From assembly GCA_964252035.1 (NCBI GenBank), contig OZ176201.1: a DNA stretch of 64,000 nucleotides; one strand, given 5' to 3'. Source of the stretch: Podarcis erhardii. Its lineage: Eukaryota. Positions within the stretch are counted from its first letter, which is position 1. Each line of letters opens with the position of its first letter. The notes under the pieces were generated by a model. The model did not search any database, was not told the origin of the DNA, and was given only the letters and a program-made list of their open reading frames with translations. Shown here piece by piece: positions 45,411 to 58,161 of this stretch. A program made the translations under genes and the position numbers.

Positions 45411-46732
45411 CATTTGATGTTGTTGTTGTTGTTGTTTACAATCAAGCAGTATATAAAGTTGATCAAATAAATAAAAAAAATGCAATAGACAAAAACTTCA
45501 GACTACATACCACAAAACGAGCCTCCGGGTAATGTAATAAAATTTTAACTGACATTTTGTAAATGTTTTCTTTCGTCTGGGATAATGAGACAAGTGTTCA
45601 AAGTGATAGATGAAAACACAGCTGTTCTTGTTGTCCTTTTGCTGCTATATTTCTTACATTTTTTTTTGCCAGGTTTCCCCCCATAGTGGCTCCCACAGCA
45701 GATATAAGTATTCTGGAAGCCTTCCTGAGAGCACCAAGCCAGGCAGCGTGATGCTCTTTCTGGATTCTCATTGGCTCTTAGCTGGCCCCCTAACACAGTG
45801 GGGAGGAGAGAATGGGAGCGATCTCACTGGCCAGCTACTGTTAATTGCATGGTAGGAGCCAGCCATGTTCTTTTGAGTGCGGAGCGAGCCGTCTGCTTGA
45901 ACAATAATGGCTGGGAACTTCAGCATCTCAAAATAGTTGCCAGGAGCTTTTGTTTGTTTGTTGAGATTTGTAGAACTACAAAAAGCGTAGAGAAAGAGAA
46001 TAGAAATGTGTCTGTCTCAGATGGTGCAGTGGGTAAGACGGTGAATTTCTGCACCCTTCCACTGATCCAGCCACCTGCCTGTCACCATTTAGCACGAAGA
46101 GTACCATCACCACTTTGCGGCTGCAACAAAAGGGTCCATGGCACTCCTACAGGGATGTCCTCAGGGCCCTTCCACAGAGCAAGGCGTATGGGGAGAGGGG
46201 GCCACAGAGAATGCCTACACCTCCACATTGCTCTGGCAAATACAGCTTATCAAGCAGGAAACTGTTAAAACTTTAAATAGAGTTTCTTCTATTTGTCACA
46301 ACTGTGACAAAGAAGCAGTGGGAGCAGGCACTCTTTAAGGTCACCACAACCACAATGCCTTGCTGTGGAACAACTCTGCGGTCCCGGTTTGTTTTATTGT
46401 AATTGGATTCAGCAGCTTTACAGCTGCAGCTTGCTATTTAATGTATAGCAAACTGCTTTGTGAGAAGATTGTTCTAAAAAGGGGCATTTTTTAAAAACCT
46501 TGGTCTTCTCTATGTGAGCCTGTCCATTGGTTAAGATAGTGTTTGGATACATTTCTCTGGAGGTCTTCCAAAGCCTTTGGATAATGATGGCTGTCAGACA
46601 AGGGGCCTTTTCTGTGGTGGCAGCAGAAGAATGGATTTCCCTTCCTAGATGTGTTCACCTGGTACCCGTGTTCCTGTATTTTGGCTCCATGCAAAGACTG
46701 TCTTATTCTCTTGTTTGATGGTTCTTAATTGA

Positions 46733-46851
46733 AGGTTAACAGACGTCCCCGTTTCCTGGGGACAGTCCCCGGATTTACAAATCAGTCCCCATACAAAATT
46801 CATTGAAGTTGAAAAGTGTCCCCGGATTCATTGAAAAAAACCTGGTTACCT
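46733..46851. mobile_element. hAT-like MITE
   Basis: Imperfect TIRs AGGTTAACAGA / CTGGTTACCT; internal GTCCCC repeats; no clear TSD. Confidence 0.5.
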
Positions 46852-48211
46852 TATCTTAACTCCCCCTCTGACATTTATTGATTGCTGTTTTATAATTTCT
46901 GCCCCTGGATCATTTCGTGGCTTCTCAGTCACTTTATTCCTGACATGTCATTGCTGTTCTATTATTGTTTTATATTGTGTGGTATACTATTGGTTAACTG
47001 CCTTGAGGCAAATGCAAAAGGCAAAGATATAAAACCATAAAATAAAACAAGAGGCAAATAACGTATTTCTGTTTCCCAGACTGCTGAGACCCACTGTTGT
47101 CCAGTGAGAAAAGTGTAACTTTCAGGACAATAAAAAAGTACCTCCTAAATAATTGATGGTGTTAATTTCCACCTGGTTATGTTGATGGCCACTAGCTCAA
47201 ACAGCTTGGGGGGGGGATAAGATAAATTACTGGAAAGCAGATTGAGAATTAGACAAATTAAGAATTAACAAAATTACTGGAAGTTATGTTTGCAGCTGAG
47301 GCAGAAAAGTCCCACAGGTACCTTTCTCCCTCGTCAGCAGCAACAGCAGCAATATCAAATAAATTACAATTTGCTGCCCTTTCATGACACTCAAAATCAG
47401 TTTCCTGAGATGGCCCACCTCACTGTGCTTAATGGCAAGGTCTACATGAATAATTGCTAAAATTGAACTTGCATGTTCAAAGGCTGTGAGCAAACAATAG
47501 TAAATGGCTGTCTCCAACCTGCCCTGCTTCTGAGCTGACCACCGTTGGAAACAGAGAGCTTCAACTTGATTGCAAGGCAATTCTTGTGGCTTTGGATATC
47601 AATACGTAATAAACTTAGCCAAGCCTGCCCTACCTACTTAACTAACCCACTCAGCGAAGGAGGGTCTTGATTTCTCCCTTCAGTACAACTCTCAGGCTCT
47701 TGGGAGATGCTCTTGTGTAATTCCCAGAGGCAGAAGAGGGGTGGGGGTGGAAAGCCCCTTCAAATGCTGGGTTTGTCATACGCTAAGAGTAGCAGCAGCA
47801 TGAGATTTACAGGCTAGAAGAGCATACAGCTGCAGGGCCAGGAGAATGTCTGGCATTTGTGTCCATCCGTATCCCCGGCAAAGAGGCATCCAGCGGTCCG
47901 ATTAATGAGCACACAGCAGGGTTCCTTGGCCCGACACTGCCATTGTGAAAGGAAAGCTACCACTTAATATGTCTGTGTGTCGGGCGAGACAGGGAGAAGA
48001 GGAGGGGGCCCGGGACACAATGGAGCAGAAGCTCACATAGCCAGAAGGAACAGTATCTAGTCCCAGTGGAAGCGAATTGAGAATCATTGAACCTTGGGCC
48101 AGCCCCTCGGTAAACAGGCCCATGTTTGGCAGCACAGATGAGCGTGAGGAAGCAGACCGAGCTTCTGTGGGGCCTAGCGGTGGGGTGGCCCTCAAAGATA
48201 AGAAGCAAGCA

Positions 48212-48237
48212 CAGCAGCAGCAGCAGCAGCAGCAGCA
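48212..48237. repeat. (CAG)n microsatellite
   Basis: CAGCAGCAGCAGCAGCAGCAGCAGCA, not within any recognised exon. Confidence 0.85.
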
Positions 48238-48263
48238 CGGAACGGCAATATTTGAAAGCATCA

Positions 48264-48379
48264 GACTGTATCCAGCTAACTTTTGCTCAGTAGATCCACT
48301 GAAATGAGTGGACTTAAGTTAGTCATACCCATTGGTTTCAACAGGCCTACTCTGAGCATGAGTAACATTGGATGCAACC
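48264..48379. mobile_element. Degenerate palindromic squamate non-autonomous element
   Basis: Imperfectly self-complementary: GTATCCA...CTCAG...CCACTGAAAT...CCCATTGGTTTCAA...CTACTCTGAG...TGGATGCAACC. Confidence 0.4.
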
Positions 48380-49169
48380 CATGGCGTATTAAGTGGCTAC
48401 AGTGTGTGTTAGAGATCAACATCATCTCCCCTGTTCCCCAAATTAATCAGTACAGCTGTCAGAAAGCGATGATTCTTGGTTGTGGGGCTCTTGTAGGGCT
48501 TACCATCATGAAGCCCAGAGAGATGTCTTGGCTATTTGCTGGCTGCACCAGATTTGACGAGAAATAAATTACAACATGACGTTTTCCTCGAGTTTGTATC
48601 CAGTGGCAGCCTTCCAGGAGAAATGATTATGGCTTTCCTTCTGAAGCAAGAACAATTAGAAACTAAAGCAGATGGTCCTTAGCAGAGATGAATGGGCATA
48701 AACTAACCAAGGTTGAACAAAATACTTGATGTCCCGTTGATTTTGACACGAGAGTTACAGTGCAATGCTATGCCTGTCTATTCAGAGTTAGGTTCTGCTT
48801 GCTCAAGGGGGATTATTCCCTAGTAGAGGATGAAAAACTTGTGGCCCTCTATATTTTGTTGGGCCACTTCTCCCATCAGCAGAGGGGATGATTTACTTAA
48901 TAGTTATTTGGATATTGCATATACCACTTAATGTTTTCAGCAACAAACCATGAGCAGTTTACAAAAAATACAGAGTGGAATTCAGCATTGCACTAATACA
49001 ATTGTTCCTTCAGTGCAGGAACTAGAGGTGGAGCAGGGGGAAGCCCCATTGTGCAAGCATAAGTCCTTGTGCTGGCTTCCCCTGTCATGCTGCGTTAGTG
49101 GAAGCCAGCTAAAAAAACCAAACCAAAATGCAATAACTATAATAGATGTCAAATAAATATCAGAATGCA

Positions 49170-49620
49170 ATAAATACATTTTTAAAACCATCATTTAAAA
49201 CAGCAAGTTGCAACTGAGCACAATAGCATTCTCAAACAGACCTGTGTAACCAGCTGATATCTTGGGAAGCCTTTGAAGCATCCAGCAGACGGAGCTTCTC
49301 AGATCTTTTTTGGGCGAGTGCTCCAGACGGTTGGTGCTATAACTGAAAAGGCCCATTTCTGAGAGGTTTCCAGATGGTACGGCCAGCAGGGTCTCCTCTG
49401 ATGAGCATAAAGTTTGATTTGGCCTATAGCAGGGAATGCAGTCTGCTCGGTACCATCATCCCAAGTTGGTTGGGTCTTTATATGTCCATAATAAAACTTG
49501 GAACGTAACTCAGTGGCAAATAGATGGCAGCTGCAGATCCTTAAGAATCACTGTCATATGTGGCCCTGCTAGATGTAGTCAGTAGTCACATCATTCTGCA
49601 CTTGCTGCAGCTTCCAAACC
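49170..49620 (-). mobile_element. Highly degenerate L2 fragment
   Basis: TGGTGCTATAACTGAAAAGGCCC and TTCTGCACTTGCTGCAGCTTCC resemble the antisense L2 3' region seen at 3.2-3.5 kb. Confidence 0.45.
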
Positions 49621-50449
49621 AAACAATAGAGTTTAATATTTGATGTGCCTAATATGGTGGGGTAGGAATGTTAAGGTAGGGCTTTACTTCTCAGCAATGA
49701 CTGGTGGCTTTTGTTTATCAATTGCAAGTGGTCCTTAGAATAATTTTTTTAAAGTATTCTGTTGGGGTCTCGTAGCATACTAGTCAAGTATTTGCATTTC
49801 AACGACTGCTTAGTAGATTGGATAAAAAGCCAGAACATTAATCAGCTAACGATCTTTAATCAGTTGGCAGTCCAGCCTTCTACCCCACTTGCACGTGAAC
49901 AGGTCAATAGGTCATCCCACGCAATGTTTGCTGTCACTGGAATTGAGCACATCAACGCTGCCCTGCTGCCAACTGGCAAGCAATGGAATTGGGCAGCTAT
50001 GAGGGGTGTGGTCGTGCTGCTTAGCTCATTGGACTGTCCTGCAACCGAAGCTCCTGCTCACCATGGGGAATGCAACGACTTGGCCATCTGAGCAGGAAAA
50101 GTATAACTGAGGCAAATCACTGCTGCTACAGTTTTAGAATCTTAAAACTGCTTAGAATAGCAGCAGGGAGGTATTTTAATGGCCCTCCAGATGCTGCTAG
50201 ACTCCCTACTCTCATCAGTCTGAGCCAGCATGGTCAATAGTCCTAGATGATGTAGTCGAGCGACATCTAGGGAACCAAAGCTTAGCCACCCCTGGCTTAG
50301 ACTGTCCTAGCAAGATGCGCTTGAACTTGGGGAACAAGCAATAGTGGAGGGCATAGCGGGTCTTTGCTAGAGCAAATTCAGTGTCCTCCAGTAGGTGAAA
50401 GGAGCATGGAAGGAAATGCTTGCTAGCCAGGTTCTCTCCTGATGTCACT

Positions 50450-50608
50450 TGGGAACCATGGGAGCTGCCTTACACCAAGGCAGATGATTGTTTTTGCACA
50501 GGCAGCATCCTAAGGGTTTCAGACTGGAGGTGTTCACAGTCCTACCTGGGCAAGCTGGGGGTGGAACCTGAGACTAAAGCAGATGCTGTACCAATGAGCT
50601 ACAGCCCT
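50450..50608 (-). mobile_element. Degenerate tRNA-derived SINE
   Basis: Reverse complement begins GGGCTGTAGCTCATTGGTACAGCATCTGCTT and ends GTAAGGCAGCTCCCATGGTTCC. Confidence 0.55.
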
Positions 50609-53181
50609 TTCCCAAGCCAGAACCAACAACCACTGGCAAACATGGGCAGGTGAGCAAAGCAGATGAACTCAAAACCTAGGAGAGTTGGGGTAGCTTTCAG
50701 CCCTGTTCCACAGCATGCTGTTTGTTTGCTGGAGAATGTGAGATGCTCCCAGAGGCCTCCGACACCATTCCCTGACCAAGTTTACTTCACCCAGTTTGGC
50801 CTCTGTGAGTCTCAGTTCTGCTCCTGCTATGTGCCCCTCTTCCCTCCCTCTCTGCCACAGTCACTTCCGATGTCCCGAGACACCCCAGCTGCGGGAACCA
50901 TTCTTAGCCTTTCCGTTCACCCAGAGGAGCAGCTGAGCCCTTTGTTGGGGCCGGGGGTGGCTTTAATTTCTCTTCCACTCTTTTGAGCAAACAAAAGTGC
51001 CAGAGGAACATCTCCTTGGAAGCTGGAGCCCTGTTTAATTTGCAATGATCATGGGCTTGGAGTGGCCCAAACTTAGTTCCAGGACAAGCAAAACAAAAGG
51101 TTTCCTTTTTATCACAGCTTTATGCTACAGAACAGAATCTCTGAGATTATTTTTTTTAAGCAGCAATTTGGCATTCTTAGGCATGTTAACTGTTGTATTA
51201 TTGATTAATTGATGGAGTTTATATACCACCTTTCTTCCAAAAATATTGATATAAAAAACAACAGGGTTTGGCTTTTGCTGCCCAACTCCACATGGGACTC
51301 TGAGTCCCCTAAGTCCATGATCAGTCAGAAAAGAATGGATGGAGGCAGGATTCAGTGGAAAGCAAAACATAATTTTCTTGGCCCCGCATCACCATCACAC
51401 TTTGCATAAGCAATTGCAATATAATTACCATCTGATTAAAAGGATTAAGACAAAACAGGTGACGTTGAGCAGCACCGGGATCTGGTTAGCCATGAGGTCA
51501 GAGTGCTGTCCGAAAGCAGCCTTTGAAGCATAGGGTTTGATGGCATCCACTGTGCTTTCTGCATCAGTCCAATTTGGAGAGAGGTCAGAAGCAGCAGGAG
51601 CTAGTGTGTTGTTGTTTTCTAAAGTGCTATCTCTTTCTGCTTAGAAAATTATTGTGTGCAGAACTTAGCCTCCCCCCCCCACTCCCCATACACACTCACT
51701 CACTAATGAGCCCCAGCTATTCATCGCTATGATGCACCAAGCATGTGTTCTCTCCCCCAGCTCCCAGTATGATGGCTCAGCTGGTCTCCAGGGGAAGCTA
51801 AGTAACTCAGAGGCTGTCCTCACACGAAAACATTACCACTCTCTGGACACTGAGCAGACACCTCTGCCCTTTGCTGCCGTCCTCTAGGAAGCCAAACTCT
51901 CTTCCTAGACCTTTCCCCTGCATGTCTTTCTGAGCAGCGAGACAGGTGTCCCTGAATCCCAACTCAGTGCTCATTTGCTACCAAGATGTAGCACAGTATC
52001 TAACAGCCTATCGGCTGACTTAGCACAGCAGTAAATGCATTTCCCTTTCCCCCAGAGGCTGGTGGAAAAGGGCAGCATATTGAGAGATCCTTCTTAAAAG
52101 GAATTAACAGGCACCCTTTCACTGGGCAGGGGGTGATGCGAGGAGGGCACAGCTCAGATCTAGGACCACATTTCCCAAGCTGTTGTCAACACTCTCATTA
52201 CCTAACTCCCCAGCCATACAAGGGATTTGTGGTCTCTATTACTGCGGCTAATGTGATAAGCTCCCTTTCTTTTGACAGGCTCATCAGCAATAACCAGTTC
52301 AGAGCATGATTGTAATGGCCTCATCCAATTACCGAGGGTCAGTCACTAAAAAATGGCACTGGGGGACTAAGTGGTATTTCTTTAAAGTGTTGTTAACGGC
52401 GAGCATTCGGAAAAAGCTTGCACAGACAATTTGTTTTTAAAAAACTGGTGCTTGATTACTTGCTCTGTAGTATCTCTTAGAAGGGCCTACTTGCAGCGGG
52501 AGGGGAGGGTTCAGAGGGAGAGGGAGAGACAGAACAAATGAGAATGTGGACTACAGCCTTTATCCAAGATCCCATGTAGGATGCTCTATGGCTCAGTGGG
52601 ATTTTCTTCTGTGGATATCCTGGTCTTACCTGCATTTGTCATGCCTTAAAAGTGCCCACTGAACAGAGGGCTCTGGAATTGAGACACAGGTAACACCTCC
52701 ACACATACCCTTCCTCTTCTGTCTCTTGTTGCATTAAAAATGCACTCCAGTTCCCATCCGTGCCAGCCAGAATGGCCAGGAATTATGAGAGTTGTAGTCC
52801 AATAATATCTGGAAAACCACAAGTTAGTCCCCATCCCTGGAATTTCTGTTGTTCATGCTGCAATATATATATAGAAAGAACAGAGACCCATCCTTCTTTT
52901 TCTGCACACATTCTGTAAAGTTACCCCCCAAAAATATTTCAGGAATCTGCACACATTTCTTCTAAGGGTGTCCGCCCCCCCACCCTGCCCACCCATTTCA
53001 ATTTATTCTTTGGAAGCCAAGCTGCCCCGTTTTGATTAACCGTCTCATCGATTTCTAATGGGGTCGTTATCCTCCTACCTATGAAGGATAGCCTGCGTTG
53101 CCACCAGGAAGGCCCTTTGGAGCCAGGCAGCTTCTGTCTGAGGCAGACCCCATGTGTCTGGAATTGCATGTGAGTAATGAC

Positions 53182-53517
53182 AAGTGATGCTGGTGGCGCT
53201 GTGGTCTAAGCCACTGAGCCTAGGGCTTGCTGATCGGAAGGTCGGCGTTTCAAATCCCCGTGACGGGATAAGCTCCCGTTGCTCGGTCCCAGCTCCTGCC
53301 AACCTAGCAGTTCGAAAGCATGTCAAAATGCAAGCAGATAAATAGGTACCACTCCGGCGGGAAGGTAAACGGTGTTTCCATGTGCTGGCCACATGATCTG
53401 GAAAAAAACTGTCTGCGGACAAACATCGGCTCCCTCAGCCAGTAAAGCGAGATGAGTGCCGCAACCCCAGAGTCGTTTGTGACTGGACTTAACTGTCAGG
53501 GGTACTTTACCTTTATT
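53182..53517 (+). mobile_element. Sauria SINE
   Basis: GGTGGCGCTGTGGTCTAAGCCACTGAGCCTAGGGCTTGCTGATCGGAAGGTCGGC...; (ACCTTT)n tail; possible TAATGAC TSD. Confidence 0.88.
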
Positions 53518-54494
53518 TAATGACCACAGCATATGACTAAGTTTAGTCCCTGAGGACTGATATCACCACCAGTGGCTAGGGTTGTTTGTCCTGCTTATAT
53601 GGGAAGTGGATTTTATATATACAGTATATAAAAAACTGGATCACACAAGAGTATACATACCTCCGACAAGGCAGTATCAGTAGCTTTTGGGCTGTTGTGA
53701 ACTAGGTTGCTTTTATAATGCCTTTTGAGTCTTTGTTCCACAGTTCCCTTCCATTATTGCAGTGGCTTCTTTGAGGCATATGTGCCTGAGAAATACAGCA
53801 GCTTTGAATGGGACGGAGGAAAAGCCACCAGAGAGTGTACTCTCCCTGCGGCACATAGGGGAAGGAGAAGGCAAGGAATGAGAGAAATGAAACCCACAAT
53901 GTAGATCTGCACATCCCTGAAATTCAGGAATGACCATGTGAGGAAACTGCCTAGCAATTCCAGAATTAATAGTCTGGAACTTAAGAGTGTGCCATCGTGA
54001 CCTTGCTCAGAGTCACCAAATAGATTTAATTCCATAGCCTAGATCTCCCAGTAGCGATGCACAATCTCTCAAATCTCATCAGCTGTCAAAAATGGCACTG
54101 GTAACCAGAGGAGATAAGTACTCCCCCTGTAGAATCAGCATCCTGCTTCCAACAGCGACCAACTTCTCCAACAATTCTATAGCACCGCCACTCTGCACAC
54201 AAGGAAATAAAAGCAACTTCCACTCATAATAACTGCTGAGCATAAAACTAGCAATGTGAATTGTTTTCAATGTACATTTGAACTTTCCCCAACATTGTAG
54301 GATTCAAGGGATGGAGTAGGGACAGCATCCAATCTCCAACCCAAATTAAAATAACAACTTCCCAAAAGTAGATATATATTTTTTAAAAAAGATTTGTGTA
54401 GCAATTTTGTGCACAAAGACAAACCTATACAGTGTATGAACACAAGTGGAAGATTTTTGCTTATTTGAAGAACAGTTTTATTTCTTTTTATTTC

Positions 54495-54536
54495 ATTCAT
54501 TCATTCATGCTTGCTTGCTTGCTTGCTTGCTTGCTT
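54495..54536. repeat. Compound (TTCA)n(TTGC)n microsatellite
   Basis: Seen directly in the sequence. Confidence 0.85.
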
Positions 54537-54563
54537 TCTATAAAGCACACACCTAGCAATGAT

Positions 54564-54657
54564 TCTAGTTACAGGTAGGTAGCCGTGTTGGTCTGCCAAT
54601 AACAAACTTAGTTGGTCTCTAAGGTGCTACTGGAAGGAATTTTAAAATTTTGTTTCG
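54564..54657. mobile_element. Second short Penelope-like insertion of the same family, without the hammerhead part, 13-bp flanking direct repeat
   Basis: GGTAGCCGTGTTGGTCTGCCA followed by ACTTAGTTGGTCTCTAAGGTGCTACTGGAAGGAATTT, shared with the 42.3 kb copy. ACCTAGCAATGAT at 54551-54563 and 54658-54670. Confidence 0.7.
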
Positions 54658-54749
54658 ACCTAGCAATGATGTCAATCAAGAAACAAAACATGCTTTCTCA
54701 TTGCTATCATTTGTATTCAGAGACACACTGCCTCCAACAGTGAAGGTAG

Positions 54750-55090
54750 AACATAGCCATCATGCCTGGTAGCCTTGTTTTCCACGAATTTATCAAATTC
54801 CCAGAGTGGTTCAACAATCCCTCTTCCCAGAGAACCCTGGGATTGTAAAACAGAACTTCCCTTTGGACAAGCCAGCCTAATTCTTCTGCGCCAACACTTG
54901 CTCTTCTTTATGTTTACTAAGTCTATTTTTAATAACGCCTTCCAGCAATTTATCAAGGCCAAACATTAGGCTAACTGGCCTGTGATTTCCTGGCTTGCTG
55001 CCCTCACCCCTTTATAAAAATTGGTGCTGCGCTGGCTTACTTCCAGTCATCTGGTAAAGATGCTTATTTTAGTTACAAATCTGTTTCTGC
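54750..55090 (-). mobile_element. Degenerate CR1 reverse-transcriptase fragment
   Basis: The minus strand translates as PGNHRPVSLMFGLDKLLEGVIKNRLSKH, matching the CR1 RT motif PGNYRPVSLTS..GK.LE.II. Confidence 0.7.
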
Positions 55091-55375
55091 GAGATGCATT
55101 TCCAGAGGGAGGTATCCATGTATTACCATCACAAATGGGTGGCGTCAATGCTAAATGGAAAGGAAGAAAGGAGGAAGAGACCACAAAATTTGAGCTTGAA
55201 ATTAACAGGCATTAATTGTCACAACTGATATGCCCCCGCACCCACTGCAATAGAAATATTGCCAGAAGAAAAAAAGATATCCACATATTTAATGTTTCAG
55301 ACACCTTCCCTCAGGTGTGAACATCTTTTTTCCAACCAGATGTCCTGCATAACACCTGGATAAGGCGGGTGCAAT

Positions 55376-55494
55376 CATGGGTGCAGCCAGGGTTTTTGTT
55401 AGGGGGCAGGCCTTTTGTGCAGGGGGGGGGCAGAACCTCAGTTAGCTATGATTTTTATTTATTTAGGGGGTGGAGCTGCCCCTCCCTGCCCATG
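55376..55494. mobile_element. hAT MITE (same family as 57795, opposite orientation)
   Basis: Begins CATGGGTGCAGCCAGGGTTTTTGTT, ends GCCCATG; TSD GGTGCAAT / GATGCAAT (7 of 8). Confidence 0.75.
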
Positions 55495-55678
55495 GATGCA
55501 ATTGATGCACTATAAATTGAGTCTGGAAAGAGCCCTAAAGCAGAGTTGGTGTCTTACACAGATGTTCTGTTTTCTCTTAACAATTCAGACCACAGGGCTG
55601 ATCTGCTTAACTTTCTTCAAGCCATATTAGGTAGGGAAGCAGACTTCCAGACCTCACCATAAGCCCATCTGATTCATC

Positions 55679-55817
55679 CAGGGGTTTTCCAAACTTGAGT
55701 CTCCAACTGTTTCTGGACTACAATTCCCACCCTCCCTAACCCCGGTCCTGCTAGCTAGGGATGATGGAAGTTGTAGTCCAAAAACAGATGGAAAGACCCA
55801 AGTTTGGGAAACAACGG
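55679..55817. mobile_element. hAT MITE of the GACTACAA family
   Basis: Imperfect TIRs CAGGGGTTTTCCAAACTT / AAGTTTGGGAAACAACGG; internal palindrome GGACTACAATTCCCA / TGGAAGTTGTAGTCC. Confidence 0.7.
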
Positions 55818-55939
55818 CATTCATTAGTGAGAGAGGAAGGCCTTGAGCTTGATGACCGCCTGGCCAGCCGAGGGCGAGGGCCCTTTGCCCCCTTTCCCTG
55901 ATGCCACTCGCGTGTTTCAAAGAGTACACGCGTCCCAGG

Positions 55940-56700
55940 AACAGGATGGCACCCCCTGACGCGAGGCCCTAAGAAGAATGAGGCGGCCTGAGCCTCGGCT
56001 CCGAAGTTGGGGTGGGCGGGGTGGGCGGGTGGAGAGGAAGGAGGAGGTGGTCTGCGCAGCCCTCCCTGACACCTCCAAGTCTCGCTTTCCTTTTGCGCGT
56101 CAGCAGCAGCAACGGCGGGTGAAAACTTGCGACTCCGGCAGGAGAGAAGGTCCCTTTCTGGAGAGCTGCTTCCCTGGCGCGGGGAGAACGCGGCGCCCCT
56201 CCGGCTGCCCGCCCGCCCGCCCGCCCGCCTGCCCGCACCTGCTGCTCCGCGAAGAGGCTCGGCCGCTGTCTCCTCCTTCTCTCCCTCCGGGCGCCCACCC
56301 CCCCCCCAGCTCGCCGGTCCCTCCCCCCGAAGCCGGCCACTGAGGCTGCATTGAGCCGCGGCTCTGGCAAAAGTTTTGAGCGGAGCGCCAGCGCTCAGGA
56401 GCCGGCGCAGAGCGACCCCTTGGCGGGGAACTTCCTCGACCCTTTGCCCGGCTGCGATGCGCCCGACGGGGAGCGCCGAGAACTGAAGCCACACAGGCAG
56501 GTAGGTCTGGGCCGGCGGCTGAGGGAAGAAGGAGGGCTGCCGTCTTCGCGGGTTTTTCCTTTTCCTTTGGTCACGTCGAGGGGCGCGGGCGCGTGGCGGG
56601 GAGATCCCTCAGCCGGTTCCAGGGGCACCGGAGGCGCTTTCTCTGGGCTCGGTGTGGAAGGGGGCTCTCCCCCCCCTTTTTCTCCCCGTCAGCCTCGGGC
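55940..56700. promoter_or_regulatory. CpG island / promoter of a downstream gene (GCGR expected by synteny)
   Basis: CpG- and GC-rich. Multiple GC boxes (GGGCGG, (CCCG)n at 56208-56229). Followed by a strong donor site at 56500/56501. Confidence 0.7.
56350..56500 (+). other. Probable non-coding first exon (5' boundary approximate); GCGR by synteny only
   Basis: Ends in CAG|GTAGGT inside the CpG island. No recognisable coding exon follows within the window. In human, GCGR follows SLC25A10 on the same strand and has a non-coding exon 1 (recalled). Confidence 0.45.
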
Positions 56701-56789
56701 ATAGCTGTCAACTTTTCCCTTTTCTTGCGAGAAATCCTATTCGGAATAAAGGAATTTCCCTTAAAAAGGGGGAAGCGTTGACAGCTATG
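56700..56789. mobile_element. 90-bp hAT MITE
   Basis: Perfect 13-bp TIRs CATAGCTGTCAAC / GTTGACAGCTATG; perfect TSD GCCTCGGG (56692-56699, 56790-56797). Confidence 0.92.
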
Positions 56790-56952
56790 GCCTCGGGTTC
56801 CCCGCGGTGAACGGGATGGAGCTGAGCACATGCAACAGCCAGCCTCGTCCCTGCCTTGCGCCCCGGGGAGGCGAGGCGACAACGGCCTCGGTCCGGGGCG
56901 TCCACACGGCAGCCGAATATAGCGGGACAGCTTTGTCGAGGGTTAAAGGAAG

Positions 56953-57108
56953 GGACTTCTGGAGAGCTCCGTTGGTTAGAACGTGGTGCAAGGCAAGGTC
57001 TCAGGTTCAGTCCCCATATGGGACAGCTATACATTTCTGCACTGCAGGGTGGGGGATTGGACTAGTTGATCCTTGGTGTCCCTTCCAACTCTACAGTTCT
57101 ATGATTCT
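56953..57108 (+). mobile_element. tRNA-derived SINE with CR1-type tail (Squam3-like)
   Basis: GAGCTCCGTTGGTTAGAACGTGGTGC...GGTTCAGTCCCC...GGACTAGTTGATCCTTGGTGTCCCTTCCAACTCTACAGTTCTATGATTCT. Confidence 0.7.
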
Positions 57109-57794
57109 GCAACTGTTAAAAGGGGAGCAGCGTCCTCTCCCGAGAGGTCAGAGATCCACTTGGACGCCAAGTATATAGTCAACTTTGGCACAATTTCTAG
57201 CGAGCCTGTTAGAATATGCCACGCACCACCCAGTTTGCCTTGCTGGCTTGCTAGTCTGTGGTAAGGTTGCCATATTTCATAAGGTAAAAAAACAGGACAC
57301 CCCGAAAGACATCAAGTCTGCCTTTGTAATGTCCTGGGAAATCTGGACGTATAGCAGCCCTTGTCTCTGGACACACAGGGTAATCCTTGACCAGATAACC
57401 ATACACACACATGTGTCAGTCAAGGACCTCCTTAGCTACTTCTTAAGAGCAACACAATTTTTCCTCCCTTCCCAAGAGCAAACAGTATCAGGTATGATTT
57501 CCAACTCCCCTTTGATCAGCAGTGGCTGCAGCAAAACGAGATGACCCCAAATTACTCTGCCAAATGAAGAATGCTTGAAGGTAACCAGGAGTGGTTTCCA
57601 GGTGGAAGGGCTGTGAGTTCAGTTCATTCTGGTACCCAAAATTAATTCCCTGGATCTGAATTAATGCTACACTGACTCCACTTGGTGGATCTTGTGGGTT
57701 CCCGTTAAACCACCACCACCACCAAGCACATCCTGCAAGCCTGAGGTCTGACCAGCCCTGAAATAGATAGTGCCTTGTTTTCTAGTCCACAGTT

Positions 57795-57898
57795 CATGGG
57801 CATAGCCAAGGGGGGTCAGCTGTCCCCTATGATCAATAAAAATATTTAACTAACTAAGGTTCTGCCCCCCCCCAACAAAAATCCTGGCTATGCCCATG
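57795..57898. mobile_element. hAT MITE
   Basis: TIRs CATGGGGCATAGCCAAG / CCTGGCTATGCCCATG; perfect TSD CCACAGTT (57787-57794, 57899-57906). Confidence 0.88.
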
Positions 57899-58161
57899 CC
57901 ACAGTTTTTTTATGCCCTTTGCTTTGAAAACCCAAACAGGAGAATTGCATCAGTTGCACAGGGAACCTCTGGATTTTTGGAAGAGAAAGTGTGGGGCAGT
58001 AGTAGTTGGAGAACACTGCATGGATGAGGGGGAATGAAAGGAGGCACAAAGGGGTTCACAAGTCACATTAAGCCAAGGCATGGAAGGGGCCACTGAGAAA
58101 GGGGGCACGTATACCCACCATGGAGTTGTGCTTATGGCTAGGCGTGTGTGTGTGTGTGTAC

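Noticed and set aside
45771-46268. 165-aa ORF, and a 12-nt micro-exon-like segment at 46021-46032
   Set aside because: No recognisable homology, coding bias or parent gene; compatible with chance.
48077-48307. Poly-Gln ORF
   Set aside because: Non-ATG start; the CAG microsatellite explains the Gln run; no splice context.
49390-49415. CTGATGA as a hammerhead core
   Set aside because: No helix II/GAAA/UH arrangement follows; it lies in a degenerate L2 fragment.
55751-56704. Several 117-247 aa ORFs on both strands
   Set aside because: GC-rich island artefacts with non-ATG starts and no recognisable domain.
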